From NCBI GenBank assembly GCA_964404035.1, contig CAYOIT010000004.1, positions 1-56,941 on the forward strand: DNA of 56,941 bases, written 5' to 3'. A model generated the notes under the pieces. That model was not told the origin of the DNA and did no database searches. It saw nothing but the letters and a program-made list of their open reading frames with translations. This document shows, in pieces, positions 47,464 through 56,941 of this stretch (the stretch's first letter is position 1; every line of letters starts with the position of its first letter). The stretch comes from an uncultured Verrucomicrobiota bacterium (GTDB lineage: Bacteria > Verrucomicrobiota > Kiritimatiellia > CAIKKV01 > CAITUY01). Both the position numbers and the translations under genes were made by a program.

Positions 47464-49173
47464 TTACGTCTCCAAATGCGTGCGTTCCAGGAGGTCGTTC
47501 AGATTGCTCACGACGCGAGCCTCATCACGGTCGGACAAATCGAGGATGTCCTTCAGCCCGAGCGCCAGATGGGGAATGTACATGGCGATATAGCTGCGTT
47601 TTCGATCCTGTTCGGCCAGCCGGTGCCGCTTGTGCAGGAACACCGAGAGGCGGCGGCCGCATTCCTGGATCCCGAACGTGACTTCGCGGATGATCTCGGG
47701 ATAGTGCGCAATGGCTTCCTTGCTCTCACTGGTGAAGGGCACCCAGACGCTGGCCATGTGGACCATGATGACGACCGGCCCCAGCGGCAGTGAGCCGCGG
47801 GGTTGCGCGAGCCCGTAGCTTTTCCAGTTCACCCCTGTGATGGCTTTGGTGATGGCACAGGCGCCCGCCATGTGCAGCAGGGGAACCCGGTTGGCGAACC
47901 GCATCACGCGAGCCGGCTCGTCAGCGCCCAGGTCGGCCTGGTCTCCGGGTTTCACGTAGGCCAGTCCCACTTCGACCTGGAACGGGTTTCCGCGATAGAC
48001 GGTGGGCGGCCGGGTCACGGCCGTGAGAAAGTCGGCGCCCATTTCCTTCTTCAGGCCGGTCATCAGTTGTTCTTCGCCAATGGGCGACAGGCAGTCGGTC
48101 GGCGGCCGCATCAGCTTCGTGTCATTGATCGCCTTGAACAGCGCCTCGCTTTCGCGATGAGCGATCCGCGTGGGATTGGCCCGCGGGTCCAGGCCGGCCC
48201 GCTCGCAGATGTCCAGGGCCACTTTGCCGCTCACCCGCGAAAAATCCTGGGACAGTGCCGCCCGCAGGGTCCGGGCGGGGGTATCCTTCATCATCTGCAT
48301 CAGGAGGCCCAGTTCCACGCCGTGGGGGTGGGGCTTGATCTCCACGGGGGGTGGCGGCAGGTGGGTGACGCCCCGAAAGAAGGTGGTCCAGGCCACGTCG
48401 GCCGCCGGCTGATCCCCGGCCTCGCCGGCGCTTCGGGCGGCCTCCTCGGGCGGTCCCTCCTTCTTCAGCAGCTGGACCCGGAAGTGGAGCTGAAGGTGCG
48501 GATTCACGATCGCGCACTGCTTTAGGTACTCGTCCACCGAGCGCGTGCCGCGAACATAGGCCGCCTCCATCTCGATCTCGACGCAGGTGCCGTGGCCGGC
48601 GATCACCGTCTCCCCCGGCGTGCCGTCGGCATGGACCGGATGAAACTCCGGATGCCATTCAATCATGACATCCTTGAGAATCGTCGGCGCGTTCTTGCGC
48701 GTGTCGATCTGCACCTCGATGTGGTGTGCCTGTTTGGCGCCCGCGGGACGCGACAGGATTTTGGTGGCATGTCCTGTGGTCAACTGACCGTACATGCCCG
48801 CGGCGCTGATGCCGATGCCCTGCTGGCCGCGCGACATCCGTAGACGGTGGAACTTGGAGCCATAGAGCAGTTTGGCGAAGATCTTCGGAATCTGGGCGCG
48901 AACGATGCCCGGGCCGTTATCGGTGATCGCCACGCGAAAGCGATTCGCGGCGATCTGCTGGATCTCCACGCTGATCTCGGGGACGATGCCTGCTTCTTCG
49001 CAGGCGTCGAGCGCATTGTCGACCGCTTCTTTGACCGTGGTCAACAGAGCCTTGCGGGGGTTGTCGAATCCCAGCAGGTGCCGGTTCTTGAGGAAGAACT
49101 CGGAAACCGAGATGTCTCTCTGTTTCCGCGCCATCGTTTCGGCCGTCTCGGCCGCAAGGGTTCGCTTAGCCAT
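47464..49173 (-). CDS. top6B: DNA topoisomerase VI subunit B (GHKL ATPase plus transducer)
   Basis: The N-terminus is collinear with archaeal Top6B (SVSEFFLKNRHLLGFDNPRKALLTTVKEAVDNALDA). Bergerat-fold G boxes (DNGPGI, SRGQQGIGISA). Its stop abuts the top6A ATG. Confidence 0.92.
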   Translation of the reverse strand: MAKRTLAAETAETMARKQRDISVSEFFLKNRHLLGFDNPRKALLTTVKEAVDNALDACEEAGIVPEISVEIQQIAANRFRVAITDNGPGIVRAQIPKIFAKLLYGSKFHRLRMSRGQQGIGISAAGMYGQLTTGHATKILSRPAGAKQAHHIEVQIDTRKNAPTILKDVMIEWHPEFHPVHADGTPGETVIAGHGTCVEIEMEAAYVRGTRSVDEYLKQCAIVNPHLQLHFRVQLLKKEGPPEEAARSAGEAGDQPAADVAWTTFFRGVTHLPPPPVEIKPHPHGVELGLLMQMMKDTPARTLRAALSQDFSRVSGKVALDICERAGLDPRANPTRIAHRESEALFKAINDTKLMRPPTDCLSPIGEEQLMTGLKKEMGADFLTAVTRPPTVYRGNPFQVEVGLAYVKPGDQADLGADEPARVMRFANRVPLLHMAGACAITKAITGVNWKSYGLAQPRGSLPLGPVVIMVHMASVWVPFTSESKEAIAHYPEIIREVTFGIQECGRRLSVFLHKRHRLAEQDRKRSYIAMYIPHLALGLKDILDLSDRDEARVVSNLNDLLERTHLET

Positions 49174-49288
49174 GGGAGTAGTGAGCCGTAGTTTGATCGG
49201 AATTTCAAGACAAACCCTGCAGCGGCGCAACGAACCCGGCCACTTTCCCCACGTGGGTCCACAATCTGTGGGGATCAAAGCGGAGAAG

Positions 49289-49312
49289 AGGTCCTGATCG
49301 GAGTCAGGACCT
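49289..49312 (-). terminator. candidate rho-independent terminator after the SGNH hydrolase gene
   Basis: 9-bp perfect stem AGGTCCTGA/TCAGGACCT with a 6-nt loop, 26 nt downstream of the stop at 49338. A pyrimidine/T-rich tract follows on the minus strand. Confidence 0.4.
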
Positions 49313-49337
49313 ACGGTGGCGGGGAGGCGGCGGGGGA

Positions 49338-49979
49338 TTACTCGCCGACGGCGTCGAGCCAGGCCTGGGCCATGCGCTCATGGCCGGCCAGCGTGGGGTG
49401 GACGCCATCACTGGCCCAGCAGGCCGGCGGGGCCTCTTTGACCGCCTTGTCGAACATGGTCTGGAATGGGACGAAGACGGCTTTGAATTCCTTCGCGAGC
49501 TTGCGGGTGACCACGCGGCGGCGATCCATCTCGATGATCCAGTCCCTCGTGACCACGCCGCAGTTGAGGACGAACGGCTCGCACAGCACGAACCGCACCT
49601 TGGGCAGGGCTTCGCGCACCTCGGTCAGGAAGTCGCGATACACCCGCTCGTACTTGGGAACCGAGACGCCGTTCTGGCCGCCGAACTCGTGCCACGTGTC
49701 GTTGACGCCGATGAGGATGCTGAGCAACTGGGGCTTGAGATTGATGGCGTCGGCTTTGATGCGGGCATAGAGATCCACAACCCGGTTGCCGCTGATGCCG
49801 CGGTTCAGAAACGTCAGTCCATCGGCGGGACGGGCCGCCAACTGCCTGGCGGCGATGAAGGTGACGTAGCCGCCGCCCAGCCCGCCGTTGACGGCATTGG
49901 CCTCACGCGCCCGTCCGCAATCGGTGATCGAGTCTCCCTGGAATAGAACGGTGTCCTTGGCTTGAATCATCTTGCTCAT
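49338..49979 (-). CDS. SGNH/GDSL hydrolase
   Basis: Block I (VLFQGDSITD), block II (NRGISGN), block III (IGVND) and block V (DGVHPT). Only the C-terminal 213 codons of the 612-aa ORF 49338..51176 look coding. Confidence 0.85.
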   Translation of the reverse strand: MSKMIQAKDTVLFQGDSITDCGRAREANAVNGGLGGGYVTFIAARQLAARPADGLTFLNRGISGNRVVDLYARIKADAINLKPQLLSILIGVNDTWHEFGGQNGVSVPKYERVYRDFLTEVREALPKVRFVLCEPFVLNCGVVTRDWIIEMDRRRVVTRKLAKEFKAVFVPFQTMFDKAVKEAPPACWASDGVHPTLAGHERMAQAWLDAVGE

Positions 49980-50135
49980 GGTGTGTGTCCTCTTTGTTTG
50001 GCTGCGCTGGTCGGCAGTGGCGCGCATTGGACCGCTTTCAACACGGCCTGTCAAGCGCTCCTCCGCTTCTGAATGGCCTTTACTTTCTCCCTCGCCCCAC
50101 ACAACAATGCCGTCCCATACAGGAGTGAAGGCAGC

Positions 50136-51104
50136 ATGATGACACGTCAGGCATTGGGGAAAACCGGGTTGGAGGTTTCGTCGATCTGTTGCGGGGCGGG
50201 GCCTTTCGGGTCGGGTTTGCGGGGGAAAGATCTCGAGACGCACATCAACCTGTACCGCGAGGCCGGTGGAAACTTCTTCGATACGGCGCATTGCTATGCG
50301 TTCTGGACGCCTTACGGCGCCGGGTGCAGCGAGTGCGCCCTCGGCGACTACGTACGCCGGAACGGAAAAGGCGATCTGGTCATCGGGACCAAAGGCGGGC
50401 ATCCGGGTGCGGAAGGGTACCGCAAGACCGATCACTGGCTGGCACCGGCGCGCATCGAGGCCGACATTGACGACAGTCTGGGCCGGCTGGGCGTGGACGC
50501 CATCGATCTCTTCTGGCTGCACCGCGACGATACCCGGATGGCGGCGGGTGAAATCGTTGAGATCCTCAACGGGGAAATACGCCGGGGCCGGATTCGCCAG
50601 GTGGGCGCCAGCAACTGGCGGACGGATCGTATCGCGGAGGCCAACGCCTACGCGGCCGCCCATGCCTTGCAGGGCTTTGTGGCCAATCAGCCCGAGTACA
50701 ACCTTGCCCGCAAGACCACGCCAAACCCCGCTCCCGGCCAGGACCCGACGCATGGCGCGGCCATGCTGTTTCTTGAAGCCCAGGACATGGACTGGCATCG
50801 CCAGAGCCTGTTGCCAGTGATTCCCTACACGTCGACGGCCGGCGGATATTTCGCCAGAGGCACCACTTCGGCGGCCACCGCCTATGATAATCCCGTTACC
50901 CACGGTCGGCTTGCGCGGGCCCAGTCCCTTGCGCGCGAATTGAACGCGACGCCCGGTCAGGTGGCGCTGGCCTGGTTGCTTCATCAGGAGTTTCCGGTGA
51001 TCCCGATCATTGGCACGCAGAACCCGGTTCACCTCCGGGAAGACCTTGAGGCCACGCGGATCCGGCTTTCGCCGAAGGAGATGGCCTGGTTGACGGCGCC
51101 GTGA
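50136..51104 (+). CDS. aldo/keto reductase
   Basis: AKR motifs (LGKTGLEVS, FFDTAHCY, LGVDAIDLFWLHRDD, QVGASNW, NQPEYNL). AGGAG RBS before ATG 50136. Confidence 0.9.
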   Translation: MMTRQALGKTGLEVSSICCGAGPFGSGLRGKDLETHINLYREAGGNFFDTAHCYAFWTPYGAGCSECALGDYVRRNGKGDLVIGTKGGHPGAEGYRKTDHWLAPARIEADIDDSLGRLGVDAIDLFWLHRDDTRMAAGEIVEILNGEIRRGRIRQVGASNWRTDRIAEANAYAAAHALQGFVANQPEYNLARKTTPNPAPGQDPTHGAAMLFLEAQDMDWHRQSLLPVIPYTSTAGGYFARGTTSAATAYDNPVTHGRLARAQSLARELNATPGQVALAWLLHQEFPVIPIIGTQNPVHLREDLEATRIRLSPKEMAWLTAP

Positions 51105-51146
51105 GGGCGGATGCTCCCTGACAGGGAACAGATCGAACCTAAAGAA

Positions 51147-51223
51147 TGGCGTACCTGGCAGGAGTTGAACCTGCAACCCTCAGATCCGTAGTCTGATGCT
51201 CTATCCAATTGAGCTACAGGTAC
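51147..51223 (-). tRNA. tRNA-Arg (anticodon ACG), CCA encoded
   Basis: Manual 77-nt cloverleaf. Acceptor GTACCTG/CAGGTAC and D arm GCTC-AATTGGATA-GAGC. Anticodon arm TCAGA-CTACGGA-TCTGA and T arm GCAGG-TTCAACT-CCTGC. Discriminator G followed by CCA. Confidence 0.9.
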
Positions 51224-51306
51224 GACTTGGATCGATCGGGCGCAAACTATAAGGGGTCCCTCGCCGTTTTGCAACCTCTGCGTGGAGTTTTTTTGGGCTA
51301 GCCGGA

Positions 51307-52335
51307 TCAGGGAGCGGGAGGGACGAACGGAACCAGCAGGTTTTGTTCGTACAAATGGCGCACCATGATGACGTCCAGCGCATGACCGGCCTTGTAGGAC
51401 TGCACTTCGCCCACGAAGCGGCCGGTATCGATCAAGGCGATGGCCGCGGTGAGATCCATCACCGCCCGGTGCCAGACCGCCTCGAGTGCCTTGCCTTCGT
51501 GAATCAGGGCCGGCTTGTTGTAGTAACGCCGGCGTCCGGCAATCAGGATGTTGTGCGTCGTATAGCCCAGGTTGCGGAAGTCCGCGAAACACTGGCCCAC
51601 GGTTTTGGCAAACAGCATTTGCAGGCCTGAGCAATTGGTTCGGGCGAGGGCGCCGTAACGGGCGGTTTCGGGCGTCAGGCGAATCTGGATCCGCTGCCGG
51701 GCGATGGCGGTTGGGAAATCCACCGCACAATCGAGGTCCAGGCAAGGCGTCGGGCCGGTGCAGGGCTTGATGACCAGGAAGCTGCCATTGGGTCCAAGGA
51801 TGGACACCGGTTTCGTGACGGTGACGTAGGAAATGGGGTGGGGGGTGGTCTGGAGGCCAGCGCGGTCCAGCGCCTCCACCAGGTCCATGCTGCCCCGGTC
51901 GAACAACGGCGGATCACCCGAGTCCATGCGGATCCGCACGTTATCGAGATTGAGGCCCAGGCGGAGGGCGATGATATGCTCGACCATGCGCATGTAGTTG
52001 TGAGGCGACCCGCTGCAGAGCACGATGTTTCGCTGCGTGGTCCACACGTTGTTGGCCGCCACGCGAATGGGCAGGGCGTCCGGGAGATCGGTACGGTCGA
52101 ACCACCAACCCTCGGTGGTCGAGGGCTCGAAATGAAGCGTGCGTTGGGCGCGCCCGAAGAAGGTTCCGGGCCCGGTCACGGAGACGGGGCGGACGATGGT
52201 GGTCTGAAAGCGATCCGGTTCAGTGATGGCCGGCTTCCATTCCCAGTCAACCGGTTGATTCCGGAATTTCTCGTACTGGCGGTCCATGAGGCCCTGATCA
52301 CCCTGCAAAATGGTTCCATATGGCGTAACGGACAT
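51307..52335 (-). CDS. LpxC-family (UDP-3-O-acyl-GlcNAc deacetylase-like) protein, divergent
   Basis: Collinear with LpxC (VEHIIALRLGLNLDN vs EHLNAALAGLGIDN, WHRAVMD vs RHKMLD, SYKAGHALD vs AYKSGHALN). It has an extra N-terminal segment. GGGAG RBS before ATG 52335. Confidence 0.65.
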   Translation of the reverse strand: MSVTPYGTILQGDQGLMDRQYEKFRNQPVDWEWKPAITEPDRFQTTIVRPVSVTGPGTFFGRAQRTLHFEPSTTEGWWFDRTDLPDALPIRVAANNVWTTQRNIVLCSGSPHNYMRMVEHIIALRLGLNLDNVRIRMDSGDPPLFDRGSMDLVEALDRAGLQTTPHPISYVTVTKPVSILGPNGSFLVIKPCTGPTPCLDLDCAVDFPTAIARQRIQIRLTPETARYGALARTNCSGLQMLFAKTVGQCFADFRNLGYTTHNILIAGRRRYYNKPALIHEGKALEAVWHRAVMDLTAAIALIDTGRFVGEVQSYKAGHALDVIMVRHLYEQNLLVPFVPPAP

Positions 52336-52458
52336 GCCTTGACTCCCTTCCGAAAGGTGCCCATAGAACGGTAAGCGGCCAAAAAAGTCAAGAAACGGGG
52401 AGTGCGGCGGCAGCAAAACATGGCCAAAAGTGGCCGCTTTGAGCTATCATGCCCGCCC

Positions 52459-53331
52459 ATGAGCACCAACCATCAGGCATTTCCAGGCCGACGTCGCGGC
52501 AAAGACCATCCGTTCATGCGGCGGCGGGGCGTGGCTGTGGTCTTGTTGTGCGGCGTGGTGTGGGGGGGTGCCGGCGGTTACGATAACAGCATGGCTGAGG
52601 AGACCGTTCCCCGGAATATGGTGGTCATCGGGTGGGACGGCGCCCAGCGGGAGCACGTTCGCGAGATGATTGACCGGGGTGAGGTGCCCAACCTGATGGC
52701 CCTCGCCAGGGAAGGCCGGCTGGTGGATATTGACGTGACCACCGGCGCCACGGATACCAAGGCCGGCTGGACGCAGATCTTGACCGGCTACCGCCCGGAC
52801 AAGACAGGCGTCTTCAGTAACGGGCAATACCAGCCGATCCCGGTAGGGTATACCCTCTTCGAACGACTTGAGGCGTTTTTCGGTCCAACCAATATCGACA
52901 CGGTGGCGATCATCGGGAAAAAGGAGCATGTGGACGCCGATCCTCCGCAGAAAGTGCCGTATGAGCAGTGGCTCAAGAAGGAAACGCGCCAGAAACGACT
53001 GAACAAGAAAAAGGCGGGCCTCGCCAATCTGCAGGGTGGGCGGATCGTCGAGGCGGATGACGAATGGACCGGAAAGATCGCCGCCAAGTTGAAGGAGTTG
53101 GGCTTGTATGAAAAGACCAGGATCTACGTGGTGGTGGATCACGGGTTTAACGAAGGGGAGGAAGGCCATCGTCATGCTCCTTCTGTCTTCCTGGGCACGA
53201 ACGATCCCAAGGTGATCCGGAACGGTGACCGCGCCGATATCGCCCCCACGCTGCTCAAGCGCCTTGGCCTTGATCTTGCCCGGATTCTGCCCCCGCTGGA
53301 CGGGTATCCGCTCGATGAACCCGCACCGTGA
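52459..53331 (+). CDS. alkaline-phosphatase-superfamily (type I phosphodiesterase-like) protein, compact
   Basis: VIGWDGAQ, TGATDTKAGWTQILTG and VVVDHGF...GHRH motifs. Start uncertain: 52459 or 52516. Confidence 0.55.
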   Translation: MSTNHQAFPGRRRGKDHPFMRRRGVAVVLLCGVVWGGAGGYDNSMAEETVPRNMVVIGWDGAQREHVREMIDRGEVPNLMALAREGRLVDIDVTTGATDTKAGWTQILTGYRPDKTGVFSNGQYQPIPVGYTLFERLEAFFGPTNIDTVAIIGKKEHVDADPPQKVPYEQWLKKETRQKRLNKKKAGLANLQGGRIVEADDEWTGKIAAKLKELGLYEKTRIYVVVDHGFNEGEEGHRHAPSVFLGTNDPKVIRNGDRADIAPTLLKRLGLDLARILPPLDGYPLDEPAP

Positions 53332-53409
53332 GATGTTTTCCGGGACCGTAAAGGAGGAACAGTGGCAGGGAAATCAGTCCATGTGTTCGTGCACCTCTGG
53401 AACCGACCG

Positions 53410-53479
53410 ACCGAGGCGAACGCCAGTAGGGCGGGCGCTACGTCGCCCGCCCCGGCCGGCGGCGTAGCGCCGGCCGTAC
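53410..53479. repeat. 70-bp double-hairpin intergenic repeat, copy 2
   Basis: Identical to 23521..23590 and in the same orientation. Located upstream of the esterase gene. Confidence 0.85.
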
Positions 53480-53508
53480 GGCGCCCCGTCACTTGCATCA
53501 CCTCGCAG

Positions 53509-54414
53509 ATGCGCCCTCTTAGGGCTGCATGGTTTGGTTTGGGTTGTGTCTTAACAGGAGTGTTAACAATGACCTTCTCGACCGTGGCGTCCGCTGGAGT
53601 GTTTGACTCGGTGCCCGACCTCAAGCCGACGATTGAAACCTACAAGACCGTTGGTGGGGAACCCCTGAAGCTCTTCATCTATTCCCCCACCAACCACAAC
53701 CCGAAGGTCGATCGGCGCCCGGTTCTCCTCTTCATCCACGGGGGAGGATGGGGCGGGGGTACACCCGATTTCTTTGCGCCGCACTGCCGGTATTTCGCGG
53801 CGCGCGGCCTGGTGGCGATGACGGTTCAGTATCGCCTCACGAAGACACCGGGGGTGACGGTGTTCGACTGCATCGCCGATGTCAAATCCTGCGTGCGTTG
53901 GATTCGGCTTCATGCCGACGACCTGGGGGTGTCGACGAACCGGATCGCGGCGGCGGGCGATTCGGCCGGCGGTCACCTCGCGGCCTGCCTGGGACTGATT
54001 CAAGGGCTCGATGAACCCCGGGAAGAGACTTCGGTAAGTGCCAGGGCGGACGCGATGATCCTCTACAATCCGGTCATCGATACGACGATGCCCGACGGGT
54101 GGGATATGGTCCGGTACGGCGGCAAGGCCGGTACGGCGGTGGCGGAGCGGGCCCGCGAGTTCTCGCCGGTGGATCATGTGAGCGCCGGCGCCCCGCCGAC
54201 GCTCGTGATCCATGGCACGGCTGACACGGTGACGCCGATCGCGTGGTCCGAACGGTTTGTTCAAGCGATGCAGGACGCCGGCAACTCCATTGACTTCATG
54301 AAACTGGAGGGGCGGAAGCATGCCTTTGTGATTCCCTTCTGCAGCGACGAGGTTTCGGTCGGTCTGGCAGTGGAGCGGACCTGGCAGTTTCTCGTGGCGA
54401 AAGGTTTCCGTTGA
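53509..54414 (+). CDS. alpha/beta-hydrolase fold-3 carboxylesterase/lipase
   Basis: Signal-like N-terminus, oxyanion motif HGGGW and nucleophile elbow GDSAGG. Late HGTAD motif. Confidence 0.85.
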   Translation: MRPLRAAWFGLGCVLTGVLTMTFSTVASAGVFDSVPDLKPTIETYKTVGGEPLKLFIYSPTNHNPKVDRRPVLLFIHGGGWGGGTPDFFAPHCRYFAARGLVAMTVQYRLTKTPGVTVFDCIADVKSCVRWIRLHADDLGVSTNRIAAAGDSAGGHLAACLGLIQGLDEPREETSVSARADAMILYNPVIDTTMPDGWDMVRYGGKAGTAVAERAREFSPVDHVSAGAPPTLVIHGTADTVTPIAWSERFVQAMQDAGNSIDFMKLEGRKHAFVIPFCSDEVSVGLAVERTWQFLVAKGFR

Positions 54415-54456
54415 GCCGGGAGACGCGCCCCTTCAACTGACGCTGGGGCTCAAAGG

Positions 54457-55029
54457 CTAGGGCGTCGTCTTCTTCAACAGCCAGGCCATGTTTTCGCCCA
54501 GAACCGTCATGGTCCGGATACCTTCTTCGTCCGCTTCGACCTCGCCCTTTTCCCGGCCGATACCCATATTCCAATAGCAGGAACCAGGGATGATCATCTG
54601 CCGGATCAGAAAGAAATGATTGATGGTGTCAAAAGCGTGGATGGCCCCGCCCCGGCGAACAGCGATGACGGCGGCGCCGATCTTCCGCTTCAGGAAGTTG
54701 TCATTGGCTCCGGCCACAAGCCCCGCCCTGTCGATCAGCGCCTTGAGTTCAGGCGTGATGTCGGCGAAATACGTGGGCGAAGCGAGGATGATACCGTCCG
54801 CCCCTCGCATTTTCGCAATCCACTCATTCACCAAGTCAGCCTGGACGCAGCGTCCATTCTTGGTCTGAAAACACTGGTAGCAGGCCGTGCACCCGTGAAT
54901 CAGGTTGCCCCCCACCTGAACGAGTTCCGTTTCGATGCCCTCAACCTTCAGAGCGTCGAAGACATGCTGGATGAGCCGGACGGTGTTACCGTCCTTCCGT
55001 GGACTGCCGTTGAACGCGACTACTTTCAT
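54457..55029 (-). CDS. iron-sulfur flavoprotein / NADPH-dependent FMN reductase family
   Basis: Flavodoxin-like start ([15 protein letters not shown]) and a compact C-x2-C-x2-C-x7-C cluster ([15 protein letters not shown]), as in Isf proteins. Confidence 0.8.
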   Translation of the reverse strand: MKVVAFNGSPRKDGNTVRLIQHVFDALKVEGIETELVQVGGNLIHGCTACYQCFQTKNGRCVQADLVNEWIAKMRGADGIILASPTYFADITPELKALIDRAGLVAGANDNFLKRKIGAAVIAVRRGGAIHAFDTINHFFLIRQMIIPGSCYWNMGIGREKGEVEADEEGIRTMTVLGENMAWLLKKTTP

Positions 55030-55060
55030 GGATGCTGATACCCCTTTGTTGAGATCGACC

Positions 55061-56821
55061 TTAGCTTCTTTCCCGGGAAGATACACGTTTTTGCGTGACT
55101 CTTTCTGGAGCCGGGACTCCTTCGTCGCGGCGGTCGCCTGCGCGCGAGGACGGCGATCGCGGACGAGATGAGTCCTTCGGTGCGGGCCTTTTGGGCGACT
55201 CCAGCGGGAGCGTCAACACGATTCGTGTGCCGTGCGGGGACACGGGATTGAAACTTAGCGAACCGCCGAGATGTTTCATTCGTGCCTGAATGGCATGCAA
55301 ACCGAATCCCCCCCTGCGGTTGAACCCGGTGGCCGACATCCGGGTGAATCCGATACCGTCGTCCTTTACGGTGATGCGCAGTTGCTCGCCGGCCCGGCGC
55401 AAGGAGACGACGACGTGGTGCGCCCCGGCATGGGTCACAATATTCCGGAGCAGTTCACGTACCGCATGAAACGCCACAATGTCGGTGTCGTCGGGCAGGG
55501 GCTTGGGCCTCCGGTCATTCCTGACGACGAAAGGAAGGCCGTGTTGTGCGGTCATCTTGTCGCATAGATCCTCCACCGCGGCTTCGAGTCCGAATCTCTG
55601 AAGCACGGGCGAAGCCAGGTCGAACGTCAGCGATCGAGTGACCTGAATCACATGGTCGATATACCCGCTGACTTGGGTCACCATGCCACGCGTCTTCTCC
55701 TGTTTCAGAAGCGTGGCGACCTGCCCCAGGGTGAGTTTTGCGCTCGCGAGCATCTGGCCGATGTCATCGTGCAAGCCTTGGGCAATACGGCGCCGCTCGT
55801 TCTCTTCAGCCACGGCCAGTTCCGAGACCAGCGCCTGCAACTGGAGCTGCCGGTCGATCAGTTCCTGCTCGGTGCGTTTCCGTTCGGTGATGTCGCGCGA
55901 CATCCCGAACAGCGCGGTGCTCCCGTTCCATTGGCCCTGAACGACCTTCGTCTCAACAGGGATCAGGTCGCCTGACTTCGTCATCAGCGGGATGTCGCAG
56001 CAATCCGACTTGCCTGCCAGCATGGTGGCCACGATGGCGGCGGCGCGGTGTCGTTGGTCCGGCGGATGCATCATCAGAAGTGTCTTGCCGAGCACTTCTG
56101 TGGCGGAGTAACCCAGACGGCGCACCACCATGGGGTTGACGTGCAAGAGGCCTCCCTTGGCATCGGCGATGAAAAGGAAGTCCCCTAATGAATCGAACAG
56201 GGCCTGCAGGTTCCTCTCATTCATGTGGAGGGCCGCTTCAGCCCTGACGCGGGCGATGGTCGGGCCGATTTGTGCGGCAATCGCCTCGATGGCGTTCCTG
56301 GAACTCTCGCCAATGGTGTCGGCAGTGTGCGAGGCGAGGTTCAGCGAGGCGACGACCTGCCCCGCATGCTTGACGGGTACGATAATCCCCGAGCACAGTT
56401 TCTCGCGCCGCATGTCGAGATCGGCCGACCGTTTTATATCGGAGCGGTCGAGACACACGGTGCGTCCCTTCATGAGAATAAGGGATTGGCGCGCCGAAAG
56501 CGGGTAGTGGGACTTGGCCTTCACGAAGGCCGGCGACAGGCCTCGATGGATCAAGAGATCGGTGGTGCGCCTGTCGAAGTTGAGGGTGTAGATGCCGCCG
56601 GAATCGATGCCCTCGATCTGACAGACGGTGTCAAGAACCCGGTCGAGTGTTTCTGTCAGCGAGCCCGGAAAGGTCAGAGCGAGGGAGAGATCGCGCTGTA
56701 ACCTGAGGAGGGATTGCGCGTTAGTGTGCTCCATAGGGAAGGACGCGATACGGCGCTTTGGGCGCTTCTTGTCAACGGGTGTGGCGTCTCTACCAGCACG
56801 CGACTGTCTCTGAAACGACAT
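55061..56821 (-). CDS. GAF/PAS sensor histidine kinase, HisKA_3 (NarL-partner) type
   Basis: GAF-like and PAS modules. HisKA_3 H-box ([15 protein letters not shown]) and HATPase region ([28 protein letters not shown]). Start is ATG 56821, or alternatively 56893. Confidence 0.8.
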   Translation of the reverse strand: MSFQRQSRAGRDATPVDKKRPKRRIASFPMEHTNAQSLLRLQRDLSLALTFPGSLTETLDRVLDTVCQIEGIDSGGIYTLNFDRRTTDLLIHRGLSPAFVKAKSHYPLSARQSLILMKGRTVCLDRSDIKRSADLDMRREKLCSGIIVPVKHAGQVVASLNLASHTADTIGESSRNAIEAIAAQIGPTIARVRAEAALHMNERNLQALFDSLGDFLFIADAKGGLLHVNPMVVRRLGYSATEVLGKTLLMMHPPDQRHRAAAIVATMLAGKSDCCDIPLMTKSGDLIPVETKVVQGQWNGSTALFGMSRDITERKRTEQELIDRQLQLQALVSELAVAEENERRRIAQGLHDDIGQMLASAKLTLGQVATLLKQEKTRGMVTQVSGYIDHVIQVTRSLTFDLASPVLQRFGLEAAVEDLCDKMTAQHGLPFVVRNDRRPKPLPDDTDIVAFHAVRELLRNIVTHAGAHHVVVSLRRAGEQLRITVKDDGIGFTRMSATGFNRRGGFGLHAIQARMKHLGGSLSFNPVSPHGTRIVLTLPLESPKRPAPKDSSRPRSPSSRAGDRRDEGVPAPERVTQKRVSSRERS

Positions 56822-56941
56822 CCGGGATTCCTTATCGAAGACTCCGGCCAACCCGTCCGACGCGATGAGCCGGCCGTGTCCACATAGAGTCATCCTATCA
56901 GGCGCGGCCCCGCATGCAAGGGTATTTGCCTGCTCTCAGAA

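Noticed and set aside
49980-51176. N-terminal 399 codons of the 612-aa ORF 49338..51176.
   Set aside because: Only the last 213 codons, from ATG 49979, show SGNH motifs. The upstream part is antisense to a well-supported aldo/keto reductase and runs into the tRNA-Arg gene.
51147-51223. tRNA-Arg read as an integration site of a genomic island that includes the Topo VI region.
   Set aside because: No integrase, no direct repeat of the tRNA 3' end, and no mobility genes were seen in the flanks. The neighbouring genes look like normal metabolic genes.

Overview
GC-rich bacterial chromosomal segment. Third codon positions are mostly G/C, which produces many long spurious antisense ORFs. Gene content suggests a glycan-degrading Gram-negative, possibly in the PVC superphylum, but taxonomy cannot be settled from this window. 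I call about 47 CDS, one tRNA-Arg(ACG), one PHP-family gene interrupted by an in-frame TGA, and a few repeats and hairpins. No CRISPR array, rRNA, transposase or integrase was seen.

Layout:
- 1-11.7 kb: housekeeping block ftsH-folP-cdaA-cdaR, TPR protein, ftsK, rodZ-like, rimO, pgsA, a zinc-ribbon hypothetical and a D-aminoacylase.
- 11.7-17.8 kb (minus strand): degenerate PilT-like protein, encapsulated ferritin, family-1 encapsulin, ExeA/GspA-like AAA+ ATPase and a hybrid histidine kinase.
- 18-23.4 kb: yceH, then a DUF2339/DUF3999-type envelope cluster.
- 23.6-42.9 kb: carbohydrate-active block (GH38, ADP-ribosylglycohydrolase, GH5-like, FAD oxidoreductase, PHP phosphatases, GH140-like, GH2 LacZ), interrupted by a PAS protein plus hybrid kinase pair.
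- 43-49.2 kb (minus strand): archaeal-type topoisomerase VI B+A, an orphan ORF, an acyl carrier protein, a fused double alpha/beta-hydrolase without canonical serine elbows, and an SGNH hydrolase.
- 49.3-56.9 kb: SGNH hydrolase, aldo/keto reductase, tRNA-Arg, LpxC-like protein, phosphatase-like protein, esterase, iron-sulfur flavoprotein and a NarL-type sensor kinase.

Best candidates for something new:
- the encapsulin/EncFtn pair translationally coupled to an ExeA-type ATPase;
- the ACP plus fused non-canonical hydrolase module lying next to a bacterial Topo VI operon and its orphan ORF.

All family assignments come from motif and architecture recognition by eye. No database search was run.
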